Positions 29,009 through 45,175 of a DNA stretch of 64,000 nt are shown here, piece by piece; the first letter of the stretch is position 1; every line of letters starts with the position of its first letter. Under the pieces are notes generated by a model, which was not told the DNA's origin, made no database searches, and saw nothing but the letters and a program-made list of their open reading frames with translations. Both the position numbers and the translations under genes were made by a program. Origin of the DNA: Trichoplax adhaerens (lineage: Eukaryota; Animalia; Placozoa); assembly GCF_000150275.1 (NCBI RefSeq), contig NW_002060947.1:790695-854694 (forward strand), written 5' to 3'.

Positions 29009-30000
29009 CCGAAGGTCACTATTTGCCTGCAGCTTATACCGGTATTGGGCTAACGTCATTCCATCATTGAATTATAATTGCTAGCTAGGTATTATTTGAG
29101 CTCAATTACTACATTGCAGTACCATATTTCAATTCCTATTCTACTGCACGTACACTCTTCTGCTTGTTTGGCAAGTACAACTATATTTATTTTTTACGGT
29201 ACATAAGTGGCTCGAAAATTTCATATTTTCTGTAATAAATGCAATAATACTATATCACATATTGTATGTAATCAGTTATGCTTTCAAATCCAATTAAATC
29301 GTTTTTGCATCAATGTGGAAATTTTCAAGACTCTTGGCTGAAATTGTAATACGTTGCAGTAGATTCGAGTGCTGTACAGCACACTGAGAAATCTCTCACT
29401 GAATTCGTCAAGAACGCGTAGAATGTCAGATGCGATGTCATGGAGTTTACTGGATGCTAGTGTACAATTTCGCACACACTTGTAAAAGCTCTGTGTATAA
29501 ATATCGTTACGGTGCCTAAATATTGCTGACCGGGCAAGTCTAGGATGAAATCGACGCTTATAGGTGCATAATATAGTTCTAATCTGATCTGATCAGTAAT
29601 GCAATTGATAAATATCTTTGCATATGCATTTAGTGCTGCTGCTGCTCGTGCAAAAAATTCGATATCTCACGTATTGATAGGGTTTGTCTGAAGGCCATAC
29701 AATACGTTGTACAGTATACTATACACCAGCTTAATAGTATAACTGTCATTGTGCAGTAGGGCTACTCTGTACGGAATTACTGTCGTCGCGTAGTTAACTG
29801 AGAATTGAGAATGCATGCCTTTAATTAATTAATTAACTGATTTACTACTCTACATGACGTCAGTATTAATAGAGAAAAATAATATAGCATAGCATACAGA
29901 TAGATTTTTCAAACAAGGAAATTTATGAATCTTTTATACGAGTATATGCAATAGTATAATTAATTGATAAGATCATTAAGTCGTGAAGATTTTACTATCT

Positions 30001-30084
30001 ATCAAAACTACATCAGCTGTTACTCTCCGGAAAGTGATCGGTTATGAGATAGACAGCATCATACACCGAGAAAGGTCATTTGAT
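30001..30084 (-). promoter_or_regulatory. SECIS element 2 (distal, type II-like) in deiodinase 3' UTR
   Basis: Minus strand: AUGAU-GCUGUCUAUCUC-AUAA-CCG...CCG-GAGAGUAACAGC-UGAU, flanked by helix I AUCAAA/UUUGAU. Confidence 0.75.
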
Positions 30085-30266
30085 GAATACTTGCGAATCT
30101 TCTTAAGCTATCAGTATCCGATCCTATCAACTAATTATCTAAAATTTGTATGTATATATATATATATAAATAAATTAAAGATAGATAGGCTTTCATGCTT
30201 TCATGAGAGTTTACGAATCTTCCACGTATCTAATTATTGATAATAATATCATGAAGATGCAATATT

Positions 30267-30349
30267 TATCAAAAAACTACATCTGCTATTACCCTCCGAG
30301 AGATGATCGGTTTGTGAGGTAGATAGCTTCATTAAAACGCCCTTTGATA
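30267..30349 (-). promoter_or_regulatory. SECIS element 1 (proximal, type II) in deiodinase 3' UTR
   Basis: Minus strand: UAUCAAAGGGC..AUGAA-GCUAUCUACCUC-ACAAA-CCGA(UCAUCUC)UCGG-AGGGUAAUAGC-AGAU..GUUUUUUGAUA. It has an AUGA/GA core, an approximately 11 bp helix II, apical As and a mini-stem. Confidence 0.88.
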
Positions 30350-30829
30350 CATATGTGTAAATCTGCATATATTAATTATCAGTAATAAATTAGTGGAAAT
30401 ATAAACACAAGATTACAATTTAAGATACTGAAACATGGTGATATAAAAATAGAACATGATATAGCCTATAATTTAATTATTACAAGTTCACTGTGACTTG
30501 TATTACAACTATCAGTCTAAAAAGTTCATCCTAAGCTTTATACTCGTATTTATCAACTTTTTGATTACCAGAACTATTACAGTAAATCCTACGTATTTAA
30601 AGATTGTTCTCTTTAGTACTGTATACATACACTTATACAATAGGGCAATATCAGTTTTTTATGTAATACGTTTATTACGTATTTCTTGATAAGTTTTTCG
30701 GAGCAAAAGTATTCCAATTGAATCACCTGCCAGATGATTCGAAGTTGCATGCAATCTTCGTTGCATTTAATAATGCTATTTCTACCCTTTACGCTTGACA
30801 TCATCACATTAGGCAATCGCTATCCAGCG

Positions 30830-31615
30830 TTAAAACAATTTTAGAAGGTGCTCTTCCATTTCTTCTAAGCTGTAGCAGTATGGACCTGGACCCCCCTTAT
30901 AGGCTACTTTGCCATCCTTAATTATGTATAACCTTTCTGGCATGGATGAGTAGGTCTTCAAAGTATCATCTGTGATGCTGTCGACATATAAAGGCACAGG
31001 ATAGTTATAATTTTTAATAAACTCCTTGGCAATGTATATCCTGTCTTCGACTTTTCTGGGTGCACGATAACATACGCCTATAGAATCGTTAGACAAGTCT
31101 AACGCCCAACCGTCCGATGGGTGGGCTTCGGCAATGTATACAGTTAAAAAATTCGCCCGATCACCATATTTCTTTGCTAATTCCATATAGTGTTCGGTAT
31201 TGTAGCGAAACGGAGGTCAGGTATACGAGCCAAAGTTGAGCACTTGGATATTTTTAGTACATTGGCTGACAATTTGTTGTATATCAGTTTCTTTATTTTC
31301 CAATGTGTAGAGTCTACCTGCCGGGGCTACTTGACCGACTTTTATTCTTCCTGGATTGAAAGGCTCAAAGGAAGTACCGACTAAGTTATCGATATCAAAG
31401 AATAAAAATTTGATAAAATCCCATGTGGTGGTGTTGACAAGTTTCGTTTCTTGCTTGTACTTTTCCAACAGTTTGACACGGTTAATAGCCGCAACTTTAG
31501 GATAAAAAGCATGCCAATAGATGCAGATATAGATTGTCTTAAAGAAGCCCCACACAGCCCATACCCAATACCATATTCCAGGAGGAGGATATTTTGAATT
31601 CTTAGCTTTACTCAT
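30830..31615 (-). CDS. DIO: Iodothyronine deiodinase-like selenoprotein, single exon, 261 aa, Sec (UGA) at 31217-31219
   Basis: The two ORF-track ORFs are in the same frame and join through TGA: VLNFGSYT-U-PPFRY. Downstream motifs FLTVYIAEAHPSDGW, PERLYII and YKGGPGP are present, with an N-terminal TM segment and SECIS elements in the 3' UTR. Confidence 0.95.
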
Positions 31616-34600
31616 TGTGATTTATGTATTCATTTGATAGATTGTTAGCACTAAAACTTGTCAACGTTTTGTGTAAAACAAGAGCAGAAAAGTTAGCTGT
31701 TACTTTACTCGGCGAGGATGAGATTTTTTTTGTTGCAATAACCAGCTGGAAAAGTAGAAATTATTCATTAGCTCATGTGAGGCTAGAGACTGATACACAG
31801 AGGTACAGCACTGTCAATGCCCGTCATTGTATTGCTATACATTCACTGTATATATATACAGTCCTGTATACTTAGGTGGACGTCGGTCAGTCAATCCCAT
31901 AAAGTACTGCAGCGCATAGTACTGTTGTCATGGAGCAGTTCAGAAAAGTAATCATTTGTCTAATTTCTATGGTATAGTTTGCAAGACCCTGAGAACAAGA
32001 GACTCGTCATTGTTGAACTAGCAAATCAAATTTCAGAAAGTTTGGAGTATATTTACGTTCAATGTCTACAATGTAGTTTGGCATGTTACACTACACCGAG
32101 CAGACACATTCTTACATATTGCAAAACTTTATTTGGTAGGGTGGTCCACCTCAGCCAACGCAATTTTACGTCAATTTGTAATCCATATGCTCACGTAATA
32201 ATAGCACGATTACTCAAAGGAAAGAGTACTGCCCCAATGAAAACAACGATCATCTCCAGAAATGAAGAAGAAAATAAAACTTCTACAGGGGACGATCATC
32301 TTTCCTTTCCTTCATCTCTATGGTTACTGATTTACCCGAAGTGTTTGTATGTACAGACCGCTGTTACGGCGTGACTTGCGTACTGGTTGAACGGACTGTC
32401 CATACTGTATACCAGTGACTGTTGGTTTGTATTAGAATTTCCGAAGTAATGAAATAAGTTAATACTGTAGTCCAAATGAATAGAAACATTAAGAGTTTAT
32501 GACTCCAGGTTTTAATAATCTGTTTATGTGGAATCTGAGCCAAATTTAATATCGATGCCTTGAAAATTTGCAAGATCGACTGTAATGAAAGGCTACGCCC
32601 TAGCGAAATAGCTTTCAACCAGTACAGTCCTGTACAGTAAAGAGAGATCACTACGCTCCTGGAATAAGGATCTTTTTTATTAGACCAGTATTTCGACGTG
32701 ATTTTTATAAGGGTTAGACCGACTCGACCGTACATGCAACAGCGACTGATCATTTTGTAGTCTGTACTTGTATAATAGCTTGGACGATTACGCTAGGTTC
32801 AAGCTTAGTATCGTATTAGCATGCCTCTAATAGCTGTAAATTCTCGGTCAGACGCTAAAGATGCGCAAAACCCTAATCTCAAACGATAGGCAAATACGCA
32901 TGTGTAATGAAAATATTTCCCTTTATTAAGAATGGCAAGCTCCTAATCTTGTCCTTCCGTGAAGAGTCTGCAAGTAGTGTACAGTTGACGGTATCATCAT
33001 GTGCTGACTAGTTTCGTCGACATCTGTACACTTTGTATACCATCGACAGGAGCTAAATCACTCCTCGACAACTTCCTAATGTACGCAAAGTATTGTGCAC
33101 TACAGTATTATCTAGGATACATGTGGGCACATTATACTTCTAACTTAACTTTACATATTGAGATGCCATTGTACCGTATACTGTACAATCTGTACGCTTA
33201 TGATCCATACGGTAGTCTTTGGTGAGATAATTGCATTAGCGCATTTCCCAACTTCAAGCATTAGTCTTGCAGTTTCCACTAATGCACAACAAGTTTGTAT
33301 TGGAAACTTGACAGAAATAAAATTATTTAATACGGCAATCAAAATATCCAGAGCTAATTGCTCAAGCTTTCACTGAGCTAAATTTAGAGAACATTTCTTC
33401 AAAATTGAAAGGCATCATTTAAGGCAACACGTACAGTACTGTACCGTACAGCGTGGTTGGAAAGTCTTGGAGACTTTCCAACCTTTTCCCTTGAAATTTG
33501 AAACTTAATTTCCTAACATTTTCGTTTAATTGCATAGGCAATAGCTTCTATGCCGTGTTGAATATTTTCAAATATTTTCGAAAGCTCGCCACACCTCGAT
33601 AATAATCATGTGACTGTGTGTGTACCAGAAAGTCTTTTGCGCGTACTACAAATCATGTGGATGTAGTAGAAAATCTGACCTATGCGAGTATGAGAAGAGT
33701 AAAGCGCTAAAGTACACCTATACAGTACTACGTTAATTAACCATTAATAGTACAGTATAATACCATATTGTATATTGAACAATATACAGTACACGTGTAT
33801 TACTGTATAACATCGATTAACATAATTCAGAAAGAATGCAGGAACTGGAAAACAAAAGCTGCCTCGATTTTTGCATGTTTCCACAAATTCATCAAACTGA
33901 TTAATAATATTGAGGTAACTTATTGCGGTTACATTTATGGAGGGTATAGTCATTATAGTGTACGGTTGCCTACGTCGAGTTGAAATGAAAAAAGTGTCCT
34001 GTGTTATGGGAAAAGGTAGAGGAGATACACGGCAAGATGTACAACGTCAACAAAATATCAATTACTATTTTAATCGTACAATTGGCATCCATCGATCGAG
34101 TCTATCAGAATCATCCAGGGCAGTGTTACAATAGGTCAAGTTGAACGTTTACGAAGTGATTATTTCATCACTCGCTCTTTCCTGTCCCTCTCTTCCATTT
34201 TATAACGTGCTGTCGAGGACTTCTTCAAGGGTGTTGGCCGACATTTCTTCCATGTCTGTCATTGCTCTTTCCTTTCAGTTTTATCCCACGCCATGGATGT
34301 AAAATGGGTGTGTGCTGATACAGTACATGGCTAATGTCTGGCAGGCAAACGGCTAAACGCGCCGGGCCATACCAGCACTTTTGTACTGCCCCTCAAAGTT
34401 GTTATAATTAAAAGGTTGTCACTCTATCTATACTAACCAGTAACGACTAGGATGGCCATCCCTTTTGAAATACTATCCCTACAGTACAATCCACTACAGT
34501 ACATTCTTCAACCTACCGTATTTTACACGTCAACAGCAGACTGCTGTTTTGCATTCCGTGGGAGGAAGAAAATCGAAGTTATACAACGACAGTCTAGTGG

Positions 34601-37049
34601 TTGGCAAGGGAATCCATTCCAAGAAGGAGATTATTTGTATATTGTTACAAGAAGAAGAATTATCACTGCTAAAGTAGGCAGCAGCCTTTCCTTTGAACTA
34701 ATTTACCCCTTGCAGATTCGTTGACAGTATCGATTGTAGACGTGATTGACTTTGATATCGTCGTGGAAAATTGTACTTTTGCATTCTGTCCACGTATCTC
34801 CTGAGGTAGCTTGCTGTAGTATTCTGTAAACATTGCTTCCATCTTCTCAACTACAACGACAGCACTAAAATTACCCAAAGAAGAATCATGAGGTAATGGA
34901 TTAGCGTGTTTCATCCCTAATAGGTTATGCCGTAGTGGATAGACTTCACGAAGGAGAATGCTGTCATTGCTGGTGATGAATGCTTACTCTTTCATTTTTT
35001 ATTTTTACAACTAAAAGTGAAATTGAAGGCAATCAAGCCACTGCCGAGATAGCAGTCAACAGTAACCAGGAATTACATCCAGTGGTAAGCTACTTCAACA
35101 CAACGAGTATTGACTAATTAGACATTTTTTGCACAAGATTGTAATCGAAAATGGACAAGCTCACTTTCTTGAAGGCTAAAAATTGTCTTAGCAGCCTCAC
35201 CATACATAATTACTGATGTCATTAGACTAATTAAAATCATCTTCGTTTTTGCTGAGGGTCTACTTCTAGCTACTACCAGCACAGTGTCAAATAGATTCCA
35301 ATTTTGATATACAGCTATAGTCGTTGAGTACAGTAGTTTATTCGCACTGAACGAGAACATGATACTATCCTCACTAGCATAGGTGTATGTGTGTGATTTC
35401 CTTCAGTAAATGCGTGCAACACAACACAAACTACCGTAGGATTAGAATTGAATCGTAGCTTCAAAACAAGAGGAAAATACATCACGCAGAACTCATTCTA
35501 ATCATCGGTGAATTGGTTTAAATGGGAAGAAAAGGGTATTGTGACTTTCAATCCGTTTAACCAAGCTAGTGTTCTACCTATTCAATACACTATAATCAAT
35601 ACAGGTTATATTAATGGAAAGTTCAATTTATTTTTTGCAACATTGCCTTAGTTGTACAAATTTTACTATTAAACTCCTCTACAGCAACTGAAAGGGTTGT
35701 GAAGTTCAGCATTCCCGATCGTATAGTATGTGTTCATGAGTAAAGTAACTTAAGTTAGGACAGTTTTTGCATTGCTAGAATTGTTTCTTCAATTTAATTA
35801 CTGCCATGGCAGTGTAAACTATTTCATTTCATCCATATAAAACATTCGGCTGGAGATCGAACACACAGCAACAGGTGTTTAACTATCAATTTTCAATTGG
35901 AGGCTTAACTTAACCAACGGTTATCTCCTTCTATCGCCCATCGCAATTTGATACTTTTTTCGTTTCGTAAGAACAAATTATCACCTATAACGAAGGTGTT
36001 GGATCATGGGCACGGTAACAATATTTGCCCACGCTACATTACATGACAGCACTTTAAATCTCAAAGATATCATTGCATTAGTAGTTACAATCAATTAATG
36101 ACACATCGCTGTGCTGCTAGATCTGTCCTTTGTGATATAATTATCGATCAAATTAATCATACCGTATGTTACATAATGATAATCAATTAATCAATCGACA
36201 ATATCAAACTGAAAAATTTTTCTCAAGGCGTGAGTCTATTGTACTGCACTGTACAGTAGAGATCCTGAAATTAGGTAGCACTAGTTTGCAATTGAGAAGT
36301 TTACAGCATAATTCAGAGAGTACATTAAATTGCAGTCAAAGCAAATGCCAATTCCTGAAGCATTTACAGACTCTATTTTATTATTGCAATAATTAATTAG
36401 TGCTATTTAGTAACCTGGCCACCTGCTACGCTATTTCGAGCTTGTGATAGGATGGATATGTACAATTTCGTCATTACAGCATTCTTAACAAATCAACCTT
36501 CCTGGTGCTTGTAAAATTTGCACCATGTTGTTATTGATTTTCATAATATTTGGCATATAGCAGCCTCCGTTATTGGTTTATTTATTTAGTTGAGAAAAAC
36601 GAGCAATACCCAATATGCGCACGCCACTCTCTTACCAAGTTGAGTAAACTGTTTTATCCCGCACTAGGACAGGTTGTAACCGATAAAAGATGATTTCTAT
36701 CGATTTTATTTATTGACAATTAGTTAATTGCACTTATTCAGAGTCATAGGATATTACAGTAATATCCAATTTAAAATACTGTAAATAAATTTATATTTAT
36801 TTATCAAATTTGAATTGACCACGCATATACCCTATTGTACACATAGTATGGACACAGCATACTGTGATATTATTTCGTAATCTGCGGTATGGCATCGGTG
36901 GCTAGTTGCGTCCTAACCATTCGATTACTCTGTAGTTTGCGAAGACTGACAGTCGTTGATTAATTCTCACATTTAGTAATGATCAATGCATGGTCAGAAA
37001 AGTATGTAATAAAATCTGTAGATGACGGATAATATAGTTTTCGTTGCAG

Positions 37050-41728
<4,679 letters not shown>

Positions 41729-43127
41729 TGTTATTTATATCATTCTTGATTTTTTCTTAATCTGAACCTTGGTAATAACCTGCTATTAATGCTTGCAGTA
41801 GCCAATACTTCTAAGTGTAGCATCAGTTACTTTAAATCTTAAATCATGATATTTATGTATAAGTATTGTATCGCAGTTGTTTATGTTGGATTCACATTAT
41901 ACGATTAATTTATACACATACTAGCCAATAGGTTTTTGGTGTGTTTGCAACATTTTAAAGTTTTATAGGTTTCACTTTGATGAATATTGTAGTTTTATTT
42001 TAAATGAACTTTTCATCTTTATCACTCATACAATGTACACTCGATTGTTACTAAGCAAGTCGGTAACCGTATAAACTTAGTTATTGTAAATTATTTACGT
42101 TAAAGCACGATACTCTTGTCACGAAGTCAAATTTAGTGTCGTTGCCTACTGTAAGTAAATATATTTAAACTAAAAATTTTCACTTAGCAGTAAAATATAG
42201 TTTGTAGAATGGAAGCTAATAAACTTTTGCGTGCTAAATTTTTGTCCAGTTGTTGTTATTGCCATTTCTCGCATATAGTATACCGCTATTTGTCGATCAC
42301 ATTATGCATGCGTGTCCGTTGATATGGATGCGTTATGTACGCTAAGTGGTTAGGGAGTTGCCGTAATTTTTTGGTACTTTTTTTTAATTTATCGTAAATC
42401 TTCTATGAGAAATTGAAACTTAGAAAATTTAAAACATGTACTCGTATATGAAATTTGTAAATATCATGTTTCGTGTGTGTGTCCAATTCAAATATCCATT
42501 ATAAAAATTACCCTACAACCAATATCATTACAGTAAATTGGCATGTATGCAACTTATTAGAAACCGTTTTATTTCTAGATTAGTGTTCAATAAGTGTATC
42601 TAGTAGGACGTATCTGCCCATTGGCATTGTATCACTGTGGCAGTTTGTGCAGAGACTTCTAAGAGGGAATTCGTATAATGATTTCCTCTTCGAAGTCCTT
42701 GCTCTGACTCACCGTTACATAGGCGTTAGTTAAAAATGTATGTAAGTGTACTACGTATTGGACTGGTTACGTATCAACTTACAGATATTAGAGTAATGGC
42801 CTACCACAGCATTTGAATAGATTCCAGTTCAGAGCTGGAGCAGAAGGAAAATGAGAGCATGGAGATAAAGGTAATTTAAACGCCTTGTTTGTGCAATATG
42901 CAGGCATAATAATGTAAAAAAAGAAATCACGGGCTTATCAATGCATCCACGATTGTTAACTAGAATCCTTATATTACCTAGCAATTATCCGTTTAAACTC
43001 GTAGTGAATAACTCTAGAAGAGATAGAAAAACTACAAATTTATCATTGATATTAGTGGAAATCTGTTTCACCGCCTTTCCAATTCAGGGTATCGAACTCG
43101 TATGTTCTCTTTTTCAATAGGTAAAAC

Positions 43128-43950
43128 AACAAGCTCAATCCGCAATAATATGATGTCTATTTTAATGATATAAGTAGAGTCTATCCAGAACATCACCGAA
43201 TTAGATTTCCACTAAACTGTAAATACTTTTAATTGGAATCGAAAATCAAATTTGTCAAGTCGATAAATCCATCAGAATGCGTGCATGTCGCTAAGGGTTT
43301 ACAGTTTATATTCTTTTTTTTATCTTGCCATGTCGTTGTTAGTAGCATGTACCACCGACAAATTACCTATTCGTATGTATTGTAGGTTACTACTTGCATG
43401 TCCTCTTTTGCTATACGTAAAATAACAAGTTCACCCTGCTGCAATATAATGTCCAGTTTAATGATGTACTGTACAGCAAATAGTTTGTCCACAACCTGGC
43501 CGAATCAGATTTCAACTTGATTGTAAATACCTTTAAATAGAATCGTCAATAAAATTGATCGAATGGATAAATCTATCAAAGTATGTTATATACCACTAAG
43601 GATTTGCAATTATTTTATTTTTTCATCTTTCCCACGTTGCATGATCATATACTACCGATACATTATCTATTTGTATGTCCAGGCTACTTACTACTCGTAT
43701 GTCCTCTCTTGTTATATATAAAATTTAAATAATAATAAGTTCACCCATCAGCTATGTGATGTTCATTGAAATGATATCAACAGAATTTATCTAGGACCTC
43801 ACCGAATCAAATTTCAACTTAACTGTAAATAACTTTAAACATCATAAATAAAATTGATCGAATCGACCAATTTATCGGAAGATGTCACTAGGGATTTGTA
43901 GTTTTAAATGTATTATTTTGTTATAGCGCAACTTCATGTGATGTACCATC
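43128..43950. repeat. Three degenerate tandem copies of a roughly 300 bp unit
   Basis: Units start near 43128, 43424 and 43734 and share anchors such as CCGAAT(C/T)A(G/A)ATTTC and TGTAAATA. No ORF found in the frames read. Confidence 0.8.
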
Positions 43951-44006
43951 GCTCAATTAAATTACATACCGTATATATCATCTACTGTATTCCTATATAC
44001 GTACAG

Positions 44007-44568
44007 TTGTACTGCACAAGCATTTTTTAGTATTATTATTTATTTTATCACTCCTGAGAAATAGATAATAAATAATTATCTTCAGTAAGAACAACTATCT
44101 CGTATCATGCTAAATAAGTATGAGATAACAGGCATTTATTTTATGTTGTGGTATTATAGATAAGATTGTACTATACAAGTATTTTTAGTATTATTATTTA
44201 TTTTATCACTCCCGAGAAATTGATAATAAATAATTATCTTCAGTAAGAACAACTATCTCGTGTCATGCTAAATAAGTATGAGATAACAGGCATTTTCTTT
44301 ATGTTGTGGTATTCTTGGAAGGGCACCTTCATGTTCTGGACCATCGCTCGATTAAATCACATATCGTATACAGTATATTATCTAGTATATTTCTAAGTAT
44401 GTACACTAGATAAGATTGTACTCTACAGGCACTTTTTAGTATCATTATTTATTTTATCACTCCTGAGAAATAGATAATAAATAATTATCTTCAGTAAGAA
44501 CAGCTATCTTGTATCATGCTAAATAAGTATGAGATAACAGGCATTTATTTATTTTATGTTGTGGTATT
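44007..44568. repeat. Three near-identical copies of a roughly 150 bp unit
   Basis: TTTTATCACTCC(T/C)GAGAAAT..TCAGTAAGAACA..ATGCTAAATAAGTATGAGATAACAGGCATTT..TGTTGTGGTATT in units starting near 44007, 44166 and 44416. Confidence 0.93.
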
Positions 44569-45175
44569 ATTGAAAGGACACTATCATATTTTTTGTTCGA
44601 TATCCTATACTGTAGGTCGAGCGAGGGGTCTACTAGTACAGTACTTGATCAACAAACAGGAGACAATATTAATTAAATTAATTGCGCTAAGCACTCGTCC
44701 CTGTTGGATGCCATCACCGATTATTATTGGCTTGAAATGAAATTTTAATTACAATAAAGATCAAGAAAGTTCCTTATTGTTGCGGCTGTCAAAGTCTGCC
44801 CACATTGGGTCGGGGTAATAGTACAACATACTGTATAGAACAACGGTAGAGTATAGTAGGTTTGGCATCGATTCGATTGGGTAGCAACAAGCCTTTGCTT
44901 TACATCAAACACGAAAGCATGGCACGCCTAGAACCTTATTTAAACTATTGTGCAGCAAGTCTAGTTTTAACTATGGTTTTAATACCTTAACATAGTACTG
45001 CCGCCATCAATAATTCAATTAGAACGATTGTTGTAGGGTATAAAGCTTGTCAATATACGGTAGATGTGGTCCTATAAAACAGGAGCACAATTAAAGTGAG
45101 TGACTAATTACAATCGTGCTAAAGTGGTCTTTTACTGTTGACTATTTTACCAGTTTTAAAGCGATCAGCGTTATC

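Noticed and set aside
30830-31615. Two separate genes, or a nonsense-disrupted pseudogene
   Set aside because: The TGA sits exactly at the deiodinase Sec position, the frame is continuous, and SECIS elements are present.
31624-33376. ORFs of 63-131 aa upstream of the deiodinase
   Set aside because: Mostly non-ATG starts, overlapping on both strands, with no family similarity that I can recognise.
43128-44568. CRISPR-like array or repeated coding exons
   Set aside because: Eukaryotic context, 150-300 bp units without unique spacers, and stop codons in the frames examined.
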